Assembly: GCA_963699755.1 (NCBI GenBank)
Contig: CAVOVB010000004.1
Coordinates: forward strand, 157,303-221,302
DNA length: 64,000 nucleotides
Direction: 5' to 3'
Source: an uncultured delta proteobacterium
Lineage (GTDB): Bacteria; Myxococcota_A; Polyangia; Polyangiales; Houyiibacteriaceae
Part shown: piece by piece, positions 25,952 to 35,686 of the stretch
Layout of the letters: every line of letters starts with the position of its first letter
Position numbering within the stretch: position 1 is the stretch's first letter
Notes under the pieces: model-generated
The model's input: only the letters and a program-made list of their open reading frames with translations
Databases searched by the model: none
What the model was told of the DNA's origin: nothing
Translations under genes and position numbers: made by a program

Positions 25952-28735
25952 TCAAAGGCTGCTCAGAGCCGCTTCCAGGCGTTCACGCTTCTCCCGTAGC
26001 TCCCAGGCGTCGCGCTTCGACTTCTCTACCACGGCCTCGGGCGCGCGTTCCACGAAGCTCGGGTTGGCGAGCTTCTTCTCCACGACAACGAGCTCCTTTT
26101 CGACCTTTTTCAGGTCGCGCTGCAGGCGGTCGCGCTCTTTTTCCGTGTCGATGACCCCTGGAACCGCGGCCCGAATGCCCGGGGTGACGAAGACAGCAGC
26201 GTTTTTGAAGTGGGCGCTCGGGTCTTCGAGCTTGGCCGGGTCCGCTTCGAAGCAGAGCTCACAGCGCGCCAGGCTCTCGATGGTCATCCGCTCCGCATCG
26301 AGGACCGCGTGCTTGCTCTCGTCGCCGCTGTGCCAGTGGATGCGCATGGGCTGACTTCGCGGCACGTCGTGCTCGGCGCGAATCGTCCGCGCACTCCCGA
26401 CAAATGCCTGCACCACCTCGAAGTCCCGCTCGGCGTTCCGGTCGAGCTTGGCGTCGACCAGCGCCGTCGGAAACCGGCTGATCATGATGCTCGCGGGCGC
26501 GTCGTCCCATTTGGGAACGCGCTGCCAGATCTCCTCGGTGATGTGCGGCATCATCGGATGAAGGGCCCGAAGCACCGTCTCGAGCGTGTGTACCAGAGTC
26601 TCTTCGGTCTCCTGAACCAGCGCAGCATCGCCGCTGTCGAGCGCGGGCTTGCTGACCTCGAGGTACCAGTCGCAGAGCTCATCCCAGACGAAGTGGTAGA
26701 GCGCGCCGGACGCCTCATCGAGCCGGTACGCGGCGAGCCCGGAAGCCGCGACGTCGAGGGCATGATACAGCCGAGAAAGCACCCATCGGTTGGCGAGCGC
26801 CTTGGGCCGTGGTCGTTCCTGTGAAGCCTTCGTGGGAGAGTCGCCGAGGCGCATCAGCGCGTAGCGCGAGGCGTTCCAGAGCTTGTTGGCGAAGTTTCGA
26901 TAACCTTCGATGCGCTTGATCGAGAGCGCGATCCGTCGCGACTGCGGCGAGTAACTCAGAAGCGTCATCCGGAGCGCGTCCGCCCCGTAGGCGGCAAAGC
27001 CGTTCGGGTAGGTCGACTTCAGGTACTTGACGCCCGACTTCTTTGCGCCGGCCTTCTCGGCCTTGGCCACGAGCTCCTCCAGAGTCGCGCCATTGATCAC
27101 GTCGAGCGGGTCGACGACGTTGCCCTTCACCTTGCTCATCTTCTCGCCGCGCTCGTCGGTCACCAGGCCCGCCAGCAAGACACGCGTGAAGGGAACCTCG
27201 CCCATGAAGTGAAGGCCCATCATGATCATGCGCGCGACCCAGAAAAACAGGATGTCGTAGCCTGTCTCCATGTCCTGCGTCGGGTAGAATCGCTCGAGCG
27301 CAACTGTCTTGTCGGGCCAGCCGAGTGTCGAAAACGGCCAGAGCCCGGAGCTGAACCAGGTGTCGAGAACGTCCTCGTCTTGACGAATCGATGTCCCGCC
27401 GCAGCCCCCACAAACCGTCGCGTCCGTCCGCGACACCGTGACGTACTCGCAGTTCTCGCAATACCAGGCCGGAATCGGGTGCCCCCACCAGAGCTGCCGC
27501 GAAATGCACCAGTCCTGGATGTTGCGAAGCCAGTGGAAATACGTCTTGCTCCACTCTGGCGGCAGGATCTGAATCGTGCCGTCTTCGACCGCCGTGATCG
27601 CGGGCGCGGCGAGCGGCTTCATCTTCACGAACCACTGAGTCGAAATCATCGGCTCGACGATGGTCCCCGACCGCTGCGAGCGCGGCAGCGTCATCATGTG
27701 CTTCTTGCTCCCGCGGGCGAGCCCACGGTTGCCCAGCTCGATCTCGACCGCCTTGCGTGCCTCGAAGCGGTCGAGGCCTTGGAACGAGCCGGCGTTCTCG
27801 TTCATCGTGCCATCGAGGTTGAAAATATTGATCTCTTCGAGGCCGTGTCGCTTGCCTGTCGCAAAGTCGTTCGGGTCGTGTGCCGGCGTCACCTTCACGA
27901 CGCCGGTGCCGAACTCGGGGTCGACCAGCTCTGCATCGAGAATCACCGGGATCAGACGGTCTACGAAGGGGTGCCGCAGGTACTTGCCGTGAAGGTGCCG
28001 GTAGCGCGGATCGTCGGGATGGAGCGCAACCGCCGTGTCGCCGAGCATCGTCTCGGGGCGAGTCGTCGAGACCACGACCTCCCCGCCGCCGTCGGCCAGG
28101 GGATACGCGAAATCGAACATCGCCCCTTCGACGTTCTCCTCCTGCTCGACCTCGAGGTCTGAGAGTACCGTCTGTGACTCGACATCCCAATTAACGAGGC
28201 GTGTGTCGCGGTAGATCAGGCCTTCCTCGTAGAGCGTGACGAAGGCTTCGCGGACTGCTCGCACCATGTCGGGGTCCATCGTGAACTTGGTGCGCGGCCA
28301 GTCGCACGAAGCGCCCATCTTGCGAAGCTGCTCGAGGATCCGCCCACCCGATTGTTCCTTCCACTGCCACACCCGTTCGATGAACTTCTCGCGGCCGAGG
28401 TCGTACCGGGTCAGGCCTTCGTTCTTGAGCTGCCGTTCGACGACCACTTGAGTGGCGATGCCGGCGTGGTCGATGCCGGGGACCCAGAGTGTGTTGTACC
28501 CCTGCATCCGCTTGTGGCGGCAGAGGACATCCTCGAAAGTGGTCCGACACGCGTGTCCCATGTGGAGCGAGCCGGTGACGTTTGGCGGCGGAATCGCGAG
28601 GGTATAGGTCGGCCGCTGATCGCCCGGTTCCTCGGAGGCCGCGAAGAACCCCGATGTCTCCCAGAACTCGTACCAGCGCGACTCACTTTCGGTGGGCGAG
28701 TACTGCTTGGGCATCTCGTCAGACGGTCCGCTCAT
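25952..28735 (-). CDS. valS: Valine--tRNA ligase
   Basis: PPPNVTGSLHMGH, DHAGIATQ, DWCISRQLWWGH, DVLDTWFSS, KMSK, C-terminal coiled coil. Confidence 0.98.
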   Translation of the reverse strand: MSGPSDEMPKQYSPTESESRWYEFWETSGFFAASEEPGDQRPTYTLAIPPPNVTGSLHMGHACRTTFEDVLCRHKRMQGYNTLWVPGIDHAGIATQVVVERQLKNEGLTRYDLGREKFIERVWQWKEQSGGRILEQLRKMGASCDWPRTKFTMDPDMVRAVREAFVTLYEEGLIYRDTRLVNWDVESQTVLSDLEVEQEENVEGAMFDFAYPLADGGGEVVVSTTRPETMLGDTAVALHPDDPRYRHLHGKYLRHPFVDRLIPVILDAELVDPEFGTGVVKVTPAHDPNDFATGKRHGLEEINIFNLDGTMNENAGSFQGLDRFEARKAVEIELGNRGLARGSKKHMMTLPRSQRSGTIVEPMISTQWFVKMKPLAAPAITAVEDGTIQILPPEWSKTYFHWLRNIQDWCISRQLWWGHPIPAWYCENCEYVTVSRTDATVCGGCGGTSIRQDEDVLDTWFSSGLWPFSTLGWPDKTVALERFYPTQDMETGYDILFFWVARMIMMGLHFMGEVPFTRVLLAGLVTDERGEKMSKVKGNVVDPLDVINGATLEELVAKAEKAGAKKSGVKYLKSTYPNGFAAYGADALRMTLLSYSPQSRRIALSIKRIEGYRNFANKLWNASRYALMRLGDSPTKASQERPRPKALANRWVLSRLYHALDVAASGLAAYRLDEASGALYHFVWDELCDWYLEVSKPALDSGDAALVQETEETLVHTLETVLRALHPMMPHITEEIWQRVPKWDDAPASIMISRFPTALVDAKLDRNAERDFEVVQAFVGSARTIRAEHDVPRSQPMRIHWHSGDESKHAVLDAERMTIESLARCELCFEADPAKLEDPSAHFKNAAVFVTPGIRAAVPGVIDTEKERDRLQRDLKKVEKELVVVEKKLANPSFVERAPEAVVEKSKRDAWELREKRERLEAALSSL

Positions 28736-28776
28736 CCGACGGACCGTGTGCGGTGAAATTGCGGGGCAGTCAAGCC

Positions 28777-29646
28777 TCAGTCGCCGACGAGACGGTGCAA
28801 TTCCTCACGGATCATCGCTTCGGCAAGCTCGGGCACGACTTCCCAAACCACGCGCTCGACCACTTCTGCCGACAGCTTGAGCACGCCTTCGACCTGATCG
28901 GGGGTGAGGCCTAGCGTTTCGAGTCGCGCCACGACCGAATGAGAAAGAGCCTCGCTCGCACCTGCAGCTTCCAGTGGCGAGGATGGACGAGCGGAGGATG
29001 GACGAGCGAAGGAAGCCTGCGCGGGTGGCGCAGATGAGACCTTCGCGGCGGGCGCAGACACGATCTTCGCGGGTGGCGACGAAGAACGGAGAGAAGCTGC
29101 CGTACCGGGGGGAACCGAAACCTGCGCGCCGCTGATGCGCGTAGCCGCGACGGGCCGGGCCGACTGAGCCACGGGCAGGGGCGGCGGAGTGGGCCGGAGC
29201 GAACGCTGGGCGACCGGCATCGGCGGCGTGGTCGCTGGGCGCACGGAGGGCACCGACGGAATGTCGGAGACGGCTGCGGCCTGGCCGGTCAGGGCGCTCG
29301 CTTTGTCGATGGCTTCCTGCGTATCGAACGGCTTCAGAATGTGGTCGTCGGCCCCGACCTCCGAAGCCCGCGCGGAATCGAGCGGGCGGTGCTGGCTCGC
29401 CATCAGAATCACGGCCGTGTCCGAAAGCATCGGATCTGACTTGATTGCGCGGGTCACCTCATACCCGTCAATTCCGGGGAGCGACGAATCGATGAACGCC
29501 ACCTCCGGACCAAAAGCAGCCGCTTGTTGAAGTGCACGCTCGCCGTTTTCCACGACCAGCAACTCGGCGTCCTCACCCGCGAAAGTCATCTCCATGACCT
29601 TGCGCATGGTCACGCTGTCTTCGACGATCAAAATCCTCATCGACAT
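28777..29646 (-). CDS. romR: Myxobacterial polarity response regulator RomR-like
   Basis: REC domain, Pro/Ala/Ser-rich linker, C-terminal VVERVVWEVVPELAEAMIREELHRL typical of RomR. Directly upstream of valS. Confidence 0.82.
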   Translation of the reverse strand: MSMRILIVEDSVTMRKVMEMTFAGEDAELLVVENGERALQQAAAFGPEVAFIDSSLPGIDGYEVTRAIKSDPMLSDTAVILMASQHRPLDSARASEVGADDHILKPFDTQEAIDKASALTGQAAAVSDIPSVPSVRPATTPPMPVAQRSLRPTPPPLPVAQSARPVAATRISGAQVSVPPGTAASLRSSSPPAKIVSAPAAKVSSAPPAQASFARPSSARPSSPLEAAGASEALSHSVVARLETLGLTPDQVEGVLKLSAEVVERVVWEVVPELAEAMIREELHRLVGD

Positions 29647-29758
29647 CAAGCCCCGTTCACCACGATGTATGTCGCTGGCATACGCGATCGGCACCTCGGC
29701 GGTCAAGAAGGAGTGTATCCGGTTTGACGCCACGATCGGCCGCCCGTAGGGAGCGCAG

Positions 29759-30382
29759 ATGTCGGATTCAGACCTACGCGTCCTCTATCGCGAGCAGGCT
29801 CCTAGAGCCCCTGAGGGTCGCTTCTCGCTCGAAGAGCTGATCGCCGGATCAGGACCGATCGAGCTCGACATCGGTTTTGGCCGCGGTTTGTCCCTCTTCG
29901 AGCGGACGGCGGCCGCACCCGAGAGCCGGATCATCGGCATCGAGGTCAAGGCCAAGCTCGCATACCGAGTGACCGAACGGCTCCAAGAACACGGAATCGA
30001 CAGAGTGAAGGTCCTCTGTGGGGATGCCCGCGAAATCTTGAAAAGGGCCGAACCAGGCAGATCGGTTCAGCGGGTTGCGCTTCACTTCCCAGACCCCTGG
30101 TGGAAGAAGCGCCACGACAAGCGGCGGGTCATCGGCGAGGCACTTCTGACCGAGCTCGGCCGTCTCTTCAAGCCTGGAGGCGAGCTGTTGATTCAGACCG
30201 ACGTCGAGGACCGAGCCGAGCAATATCTCACACAGCTTCGTTGCACGCCCGGTTTCACGCTCGCCTCCGAAAGCGGCTATGTCGACGCAAACCCCTTCGA
30301 CGCGCGTTCCAATCGTGAGAAGCGAGCCATCGAAGACGGCCTGCCCGTGTGGCGAATCCTTGCAAAGCGGGACCAGGACTAA
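29759..30382 (+). CDS. trmB: tRNA (guanine-N7)-methyltransferase
   Basis: ELDIGFGRG, GIEV, GDA, FPDPWWKKRHDKRR, QTD. Confidence 0.93.
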   Translation: MSDSDLRVLYREQAPRAPEGRFSLEELIAGSGPIELDIGFGRGLSLFERTAAAPESRIIGIEVKAKLAYRVTERLQEHGIDRVKVLCGDAREILKRAEPGRSVQRVALHFPDPWWKKRHDKRRVIGEALLTELGRLFKPGGELLIQTDVEDRAEQYLTQLRCTPGFTLASESGYVDANPFDARSNREKRAIEDGLPVWRILAKRDQD

Positions 30383-31363
30383 CTAGCGAAGCGCAACGGT
30401 CTTGCAGACCCGCCGCGTCTGCTGCCTCAACTCTTCTTGGCGCTCCTCGAGCGTCTGGTCGGGCTCGTACCCAGGGATGAAGTAACCTAGGTCGTCGACG
30501 ATGTCGTAGAGCTCTTCACCTCGATCGAGGAGCTGGCAGTTCCGGTGCTGCAACGCTCGCACGATTCGAGGCAGCGCTTCGAGGCTGTGGCGCTTGGTAT
30601 CGTGCATCAGAACGATGCCACCTCGGTCGCCCGTCTCGCGCTCGCGCCGCTCGAGAACCCGAAAGAACGTGCGAACCACCTCCTCGGGCGTTTTTGCCTC
30701 TAGATCGCCCGCGTAGAGCGCCCACATCACGCTGGTATAGCCGAGCTCGCCGAGCAGATGCTCGACCCGTTTCGACAAGGCGCCTCCGGGCGGGCGGATC
30801 AGTCTGGGCGTCCGGCCGATGGCCCTCTCCAGCTTGCGCTCGGTGATCGTGAGCTCTGCTTCGATCTCTTCGTTGCGAAGCAGAGGGAGCTGACGGTGAG
30901 TCTCGGTGTGGCTGCCGACCAGGTGCCCCCTGCTAACGACCTCGCGGATGATTCGTGCGTGCTGCCGTTCCCAGGGGTTCCCATCCCCGAAGCTCTCGCT
31001 CGTCACGAAAAAGAGCGCCTTGATGCCGAGCTCGTCCAGCGTGTCGAGGAGCAGCGGGGTCGTCCTGCGCGAGGGACCGTCGTCGAAGGTGAAGAGAATC
31101 GCACGGTGCCTGCTGGCGCCGGGAATCGTGAGGCCGCTCGGGAACCGCAGACCAGTCACGTCCTCGTTGACGATGGGGACGACCCCAATCACCTCTGGGC
31201 CGGGCTCGGCATGAACCGGCTCGAGAGCCGGAGAGGGGCGGATCGTGATCGGCTCGATCAGGATCGGAGCGCGGCGCACCTCAGAAGCCCCGGCGAGTGG
31301 GCCTATGGCGACTAGCGCAAGGGCCCATACGCTCAGCTGAGCCTTCCATGTGATCGACTTCAT
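30383..31363 (-). CDS. Secreted polysaccharide deacetylase (NodB/CE4)
   Basis: Signal peptide; TFDDGP, GSHTETH, RPPGG, LMHD. Confidence 0.9.
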   Translation of the reverse strand: MKSITWKAQLSVWALALVAIGPLAGASEVRRAPILIEPITIRPSPALEPVHAEPGPEVIGVVPIVNEDVTGLRFPSGLTIPGASRHRAILFTFDDGPSRRTTPLLLDTLDELGIKALFFVTSESFGDGNPWERQHARIIREVVSRGHLVGSHTETHRQLPLLRNEEIEAELTITERKLERAIGRTPRLIRPPGGALSKRVEHLLGELGYTSVMWALYAGDLEAKTPEEVVRTFFRVLERRERETGDRGGIVLMHDTKRHSLEALPRIVRALQHRNCQLLDRGEELYDIVDDLGYFIPGYEPDQTLEERQEELRQQTRRVCKTVALR

Positions 31364-31481
31364 CGCGATTGGATCGTAGAGAAGCGTAGTCGGCGAAAGC
31401 GAGAAAGCCGCAGAACCTGGACAGGTCTGCAGTTGCAACCGTCGATCGCATCGAGTAACCCCTGCGCCCAACGAGCAAGAC

Positions 31482-32195
31482 GTGATCGAAGCCCAAGGAC
31501 TCAGCAGGCGCTATGGAAGCCGACTCGTGGTAGACGACGTGTCGTTCCGGGTGGAACGCGGTGAGATCGTTGGATTCCTGGGTCCGAACGGAGCGGGCAA
31601 GAGCACGACCCTCAGGATGCTCACCGGCTATCTCGCGCCCAGTGCGGGCGAAATCCGCATCGACGGGATCGACGCCGTTCAGAGCTCGATTCGGGCGCGG
31701 GAGCGGATGGGGTACATGCCCGAAGGGGTGCCTTTGCATCGCGAGATGCGCGTGCACGAATACCTCCGCCACCGAGGCAAGCTCAAGGGTGTCCAAAACG
31801 TCTCGGATGCAGTCGACCGCTGTCTCGAGCTCGCAGGCGTCGCGGACGCACGGACGCGAATCGTCGGCCAACTCTCCAAAGGCTACCGCCAGCGAGTGGG
31901 TCTGGCCGACGCGTTGATCGCCGATCCGCCGATTCTGATCCTGGACGAACCCACCTCAGGCCTCGATCCGAACCAGGTCCGGCAGTTTCGTGACCTCGTC
32001 CGCGGCTTCAGAGGAGAGAAGACAGTGCTGCTCTCGACCCACATTCTCTCCGAGGTCGAAGCGGTCTGCGACCGAGTGATCATCATTCGGGAAGGTCAGA
32101 AGGTCGCCGACCTCGTGCCCGCTGATTCGGAGACCAGCCTCGAGGACGTCTTCACTGATCTCACTACAGCGCCTGCCGCGGAGGAGGCCTCGTGA
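31482..32195 (+). CDS. ABC transporter ATP-binding protein (GldA-like)
   Basis: GPNGAGKST, LSKGYRQR, ILDEPT, STH. Confidence 0.93.
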   Translation: MIEAQGLSRRYGSRLVVDDVSFRVERGEIVGFLGPNGAGKSTTLRMLTGYLAPSAGEIRIDGIDAVQSSIRARERMGYMPEGVPLHREMRVHEYLRHRGKLKGVQNVSDAVDRCLELAGVADARTRIVGQLSKGYRQRVGLADALIADPPILILDEPTSGLDPNQVRQFRDLVRGFRGEKTVLLSTHILSEVEAVCDRVIIIREGQKVADLVPADSETSLEDVFTDLTTAPAAEEAS

Positions 32196-32935
32196 AGAGC
32201 GCATGGGTCGTCCTCCGGCGGGAGCTCGCTTCCTTCTTCGTTTCGCCACTGGCGTATGTGGTGCTCACGTCCTGGTTGGTCTGGAATGGCGTCTGGTTCT
32301 GGATGCTCACCGAGTTCTATGCCCGCAACGCCGTCTCCTCCGGGGCATCGACACCTTTGTCCGGTTTTTTCGGCGGAAGCGCACTTTTCTTCATCCCGCT
32401 TCTGGTTTTCGTGCCCGTCCTGACGATGCGGCTGGTCGCCGGCGAGAAGCAATCGGGGACGATTGAGACCTTGATGACCGCGCCGGTTTCGGAGACTGCG
32501 GTCATCCTGGGCAAGTACGGAGCCTCGCTTGCCATCTGGTGCGTGCTTTGGATTCCGACGCTCATCTACGCGTGGATCATGAGCCAGCACGGGAGCGTCG
32601 ATTGGGGCGCGGTGAGCGCGAGCTACTTCGGCATCTTCTGGTTGGGCGCGTACTTCATGGCGGTGGGCTTGCTGATGAGTGTCCTCGCGCCTACCCAAAT
32701 CGTCGCTGCCGTGCTCGCCTTCGTGACGCTCGGCGTTCTGTTCACGGTGGGCATCGGTGAGTTCGTCCTGGACGCCCCCGCTCGCGAATTGTGCGCGTAC
32801 GTCAGCATGTTCGGGCACATGCAGAGCTTCGCCAAAGGCGTGATCGACACCCGGTACTTGGTTTTCGATCTATCGCTGGCCGTCTTGGCTGTCGGCTTGA
32901 GCATCGGGGCGCTGAAGGCGCGAAGGCACGGATGA
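32192..32935 (+). CDS. ABC-2 type permease (GldF-like)
   Basis: RRELASFFVSPLAY, TMRLVAGEK.SGTIETL.TAP, about 6 TM helices; GTGA overlap with the ATPase. Confidence 0.88.
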   Translation: MKSAWVVLRRELASFFVSPLAYVVLTSWLVWNGVWFWMLTEFYARNAVSSGASTPLSGFFGGSALFFIPLLVFVPVLTMRLVAGEKQSGTIETLMTAPVSETAVILGKYGASLAIWCVLWIPTLIYAWIMSQHGSVDWGAVSASYFGIFWLGAYFMAVGLLMSVLAPTQIVAAVLAFVTLGVLFTVGIGEFVLDAPARELCAYVSMFGHMQSFAKGVIDTRYLVFDLSLAVLAVGLSIGALKARRHG

Positions 32936-34428
32936 GCGCGCAGCCCCGAACGCGCTTGAACCTCTTGATCACGGCGGTGCTCGGCCTCCTGGTCGTGGTT
33001 CTGGTGAACTATATCTCGTCGCGCCACTACAAGCGATGGGACTGGACGCATCACGGCCTCTTCACGCTTTCGGAGCGCAGCCAGCAAGCCTTGAGGGAGC
33101 TCGACCAGGACGTGGACGTCTACGTCTTCCTCGGGCGCGACGAGCAGGACTTCGCGGACGTCGAGACCTTGCTCGAAGAATACAAGGCAGTCACCGACCG
33201 AATCAGCGTGGAGTGGGTCGACCCCGACCGAGACCGGGCGCGCTATCAAGTCCTCGCGGACAAGTTTGGCATCGACAGCTGGCTTGCCGGGGACGTGACG
33301 CTTTCCCAAGTGCCAGTGGTCGTGACGAGCGGCGAGCGCAAATGGAAGGTTGAACGCCATCAGTTGATCATCGAGGACTTCGAAACCTTCGACGACGCCG
33401 ACGGACATAAGCTCGACCTACAATCGGAGCGTGCCATCACCGGTGCGATCCTCGAGGTGACCACGGGCGAGCCCAGCAAGGTTTGCATCGCGGCAGGTCA
33501 CGGCGAGTGGGAGCTCGGGGCCTACGGCGAGCGCAGCTTCGACGCCGTCGCGCGAGAGCTCGAGTGGGAGAAGATCGAGGTCGAGTCCTTCGAAATTCGT
33601 GCGGATGACGTTCCCGAATCTTGCGACGCGCTCTTCGTCATCAGCCCACAGCGCCCGTTCTCGAAAGGGGAGGTAGCCATCGTCGATCGCTACCTGGCGT
33701 CGGGCGGAAACCTGCTCCTCGCCTTCGACCCAGTCGTGAAAAAGGAAGCGCTGAGCCGAACCGGCTTCGAGCCATGGCTCAAAGAACGCGGAGTTCTCGT
33801 CGGCGCCGATCTCGTCATCGAGAACGACGCGGCACAGCAGCTTCCCGGCAACCCTGGCGATCTGTTTCTCGTGACCAACCTCGGAACCCATCGCCTCGTC
33901 GACACGATTCGGAAGCGTGGAGGGGGGATCCTCTTCGCGGTGGCGCGTTCGGTCGACGTCGCCGATCGAAGCGACACCGAGGTGCTCTTTCGGACGAGCC
34001 CTGCGGCTGTCGCCGAAACCGACCTCGCCCGCGCCCTCGATCCGAATGCCAAGGGAGAACCGACGCCGGCCGGCGCGGTACCGCTCGCGGTTGCGTGGGA
34101 ATACGTACCCCCGCTCGGCGACGACCTGAAGCCCGTAAAGGCCGAAGGCCCGACGCCCGGCCGATTGCTCGTCATCGGCGACAGCGACTGGATGAGCTCG
34201 GAGCTTCTCGAGAACCCGCAGCTGTCCAACATCGATTTTCTCTCGTCCTCGGTCGGATGGCTCACCCAACGCGAGGCCCTGATCAACATAGCCCCGCGCA
34301 AGACCAACGCCCGCGCAGTGGTCATGAGCGATGCGGATTTGCAGAACCTCTTGTTCCGCGTGGTCGTTCTCCTGCCCTTGGCTGCCCTCATCGCCGGCTT
34401 TGGCGTTTGGTGGTCGAGGCGGTCATGA
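32932..34428 (+). CDS. ABC auxiliary component (GldG-like)
   Basis: RWDWT...FTLS, GHGE, YL.SGG.L, LLVIGDSD, WL....I.PR, C-terminal TM helix. ATGA overlap. Confidence 0.82.
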   Translation: MSAQPRTRLNLLITAVLGLLVVVLVNYISSRHYKRWDWTHHGLFTLSERSQQALRELDQDVDVYVFLGRDEQDFADVETLLEEYKAVTDRISVEWVDPDRDRARYQVLADKFGIDSWLAGDVTLSQVPVVVTSGERKWKVERHQLIIEDFETFDDADGHKLDLQSERAITGAILEVTTGEPSKVCIAAGHGEWELGAYGERSFDAVARELEWEKIEVESFEIRADDVPESCDALFVISPQRPFSKGEVAIVDRYLASGGNLLLAFDPVVKKEALSRTGFEPWLKERGVLVGADLVIENDAAQQLPGNPGDLFLVTNLGTHRLVDTIRKRGGGILFAVARSVDVADRSDTEVLFRTSPAAVAETDLARALDPNAKGEPTPAGAVPLAVAWEYVPPLGDDLKPVKAEGPTPGRLLVIGDSDWMSSELLENPQLSNIDFLSSSVGWLTQREALINIAPRKTNARAVVMSDADLQNLLFRVVVLLPLAALIAGFGVWWSRRS

Positions 34429-35033
34429 GCGCGCGTACGCCGATCATCTTGCTCGTCGTCGCGGCCATCTTGTTGGCCTACGTGATGCTCTTCGAACGCG
34501 GCCGCCCCGGGCGGGAAGAGATCGACGCCAGGTCCGGCCTATTGCTGGAGGCCGTCGTTCGCGAGCGCATCACTCGCATCCGAATTGCTTCGGGCGATGA
34601 ACCCATCGCGCTGCTCCGAACGGGGGAGGGCTTCGACGAGACCTGGACACTCGAAGAGCCGAAGCAAGCGCCCGCCGACCCCGAAGTCATCGAGGATTAC
34701 CTTCGCAACTGGGAGTTTGCGATCCCGGTTCGCACACTCCAAAGCCCGACCCCGGAAGACCTGCGGAGCTTCGGCATGGAAACTCCCAAGGCAGTGGTCA
34801 GCTTCGAGATGGGGCGCTCCAAGGTGCGCATTTCGCTTGGCTCGGGCACGCCGGTCGACGGGGGCGGCTACGTGCGCATCGACGACCGACGAGAAATCTC
34901 CGTCATCGGCGAAGATGTCGTCGCTCTCTTCGCTCCCAGCGCTGAGGCCTTCGAGCTGAAAGACGATGCGGGCGCACCCGACCTCACCGATCTGCTGATC
35001 GCGGCTCCCGATGCCGGCGTTCCGGCGCCCTGA
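34425..35033 (+). CDS. DUF4340-like membrane-anchored protein
   Basis: N-terminal TM helix, W.LEEP...PAD, FG...P, .LG...P..GGYVR. Fourth gene of the GldAFG-type operon. Confidence 0.7.
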   Translation: MSARTPIILLVVAAILLAYVMLFERGRPGREEIDARSGLLLEAVVRERITRIRIASGDEPIALLRTGEGFDETWTLEEPKQAPADPEVIEDYLRNWEFAIPVRTLQSPTPEDLRSFGMETPKAVVSFEMGRSKVRISLGSGTPVDGGGYVRIDDRREISVIGEDVVALFAPSAEAFELKDDAGAPDLTDLLIAAPDAGVPAP

Positions 35034-35636
35034 CTAGTCGGCCGCGCCCTTGGCGAGCGTCTCGTGCGATGCGTATTCGATCAGACCGTTGCTGGTGTTG
35101 AATCCGCCGGACGAGATCAAGGCGAAGTGCCCCTTCACGCGAACCTTGTTGCCGACCGCGAGGTCTTTGGGGACCACGACGTCACCAGCGATGGTGGTGG
35201 TGCTGCGCCCCCGGCGAGCGCGCTGGAGCTGCTCCTGGTTGTCGGCATAGCCCACCACGAGCAACTGTTCGGCGCGGTCGGTCTGGTCCGCGGTGTCCGC
35301 GACGAACATGTGCGGGGCGGCGGCCTTTGGGCATTGTTCCTTCTTTCGCCGCTTGCACGCTGGCGGCTCGTAAATCTCGATGATGTAGCCAGTGATGCTG
35401 AGGTCGGTGTCGAGCAACTTGATCGGCCTCTGACGCAGGCCATACACGCTGTACGACTCATCTTCATAAGTCGTTGGAAACGGCGCTGGCGGTAACGTCG
35501 GAACCTCGGGAAGGTTCGGGACGATCTTCGGCAGTTGTTCAGCATCTGCTTCGGGCTTCGAAGCCGACGTGATCTGTTCACAACCTGCGCTCACCAGCGC
35601 CCCAGCCACAATCAGGCCTATTAGACGAGCTCCCAT
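35034..35636 (-). CDS. Hypothetical lipoprotein
   Basis: MGARLIGL...VSAG-C lipobox, Pro-rich linker, beta-rich domain with a Cys pair. Confidence 0.7.
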   Translation of the reverse strand: MGARLIGLIVAGALVSAGCEQITSASKPEADAEQLPKIVPNLPEVPTLPPAPFPTTYEDESYSVYGLRQRPIKLLDTDLSITGYIIEIYEPPACKRRKKEQCPKAAAPHMFVADTADQTDRAEQLLVVGYADNQEQLQRARRGRSTTTIAGDVVVPKDLAVGNKVRVKGHFALISSGGFNTSNGLIEYASHETLAKGAAD

Positions 35637-35686
35637 GTTTCCCCCTGTCCCGAACAAAGTAACACGGGTGATTCGCGAGCGACAAT

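Noticed and set aside
31482..35033. Bacteroidota-type gliding or T9SS from Gld-like names
   Set aside because: No GldK/L/M/N or Spr genes; this ABC family is widespread outside Bacteroidota.
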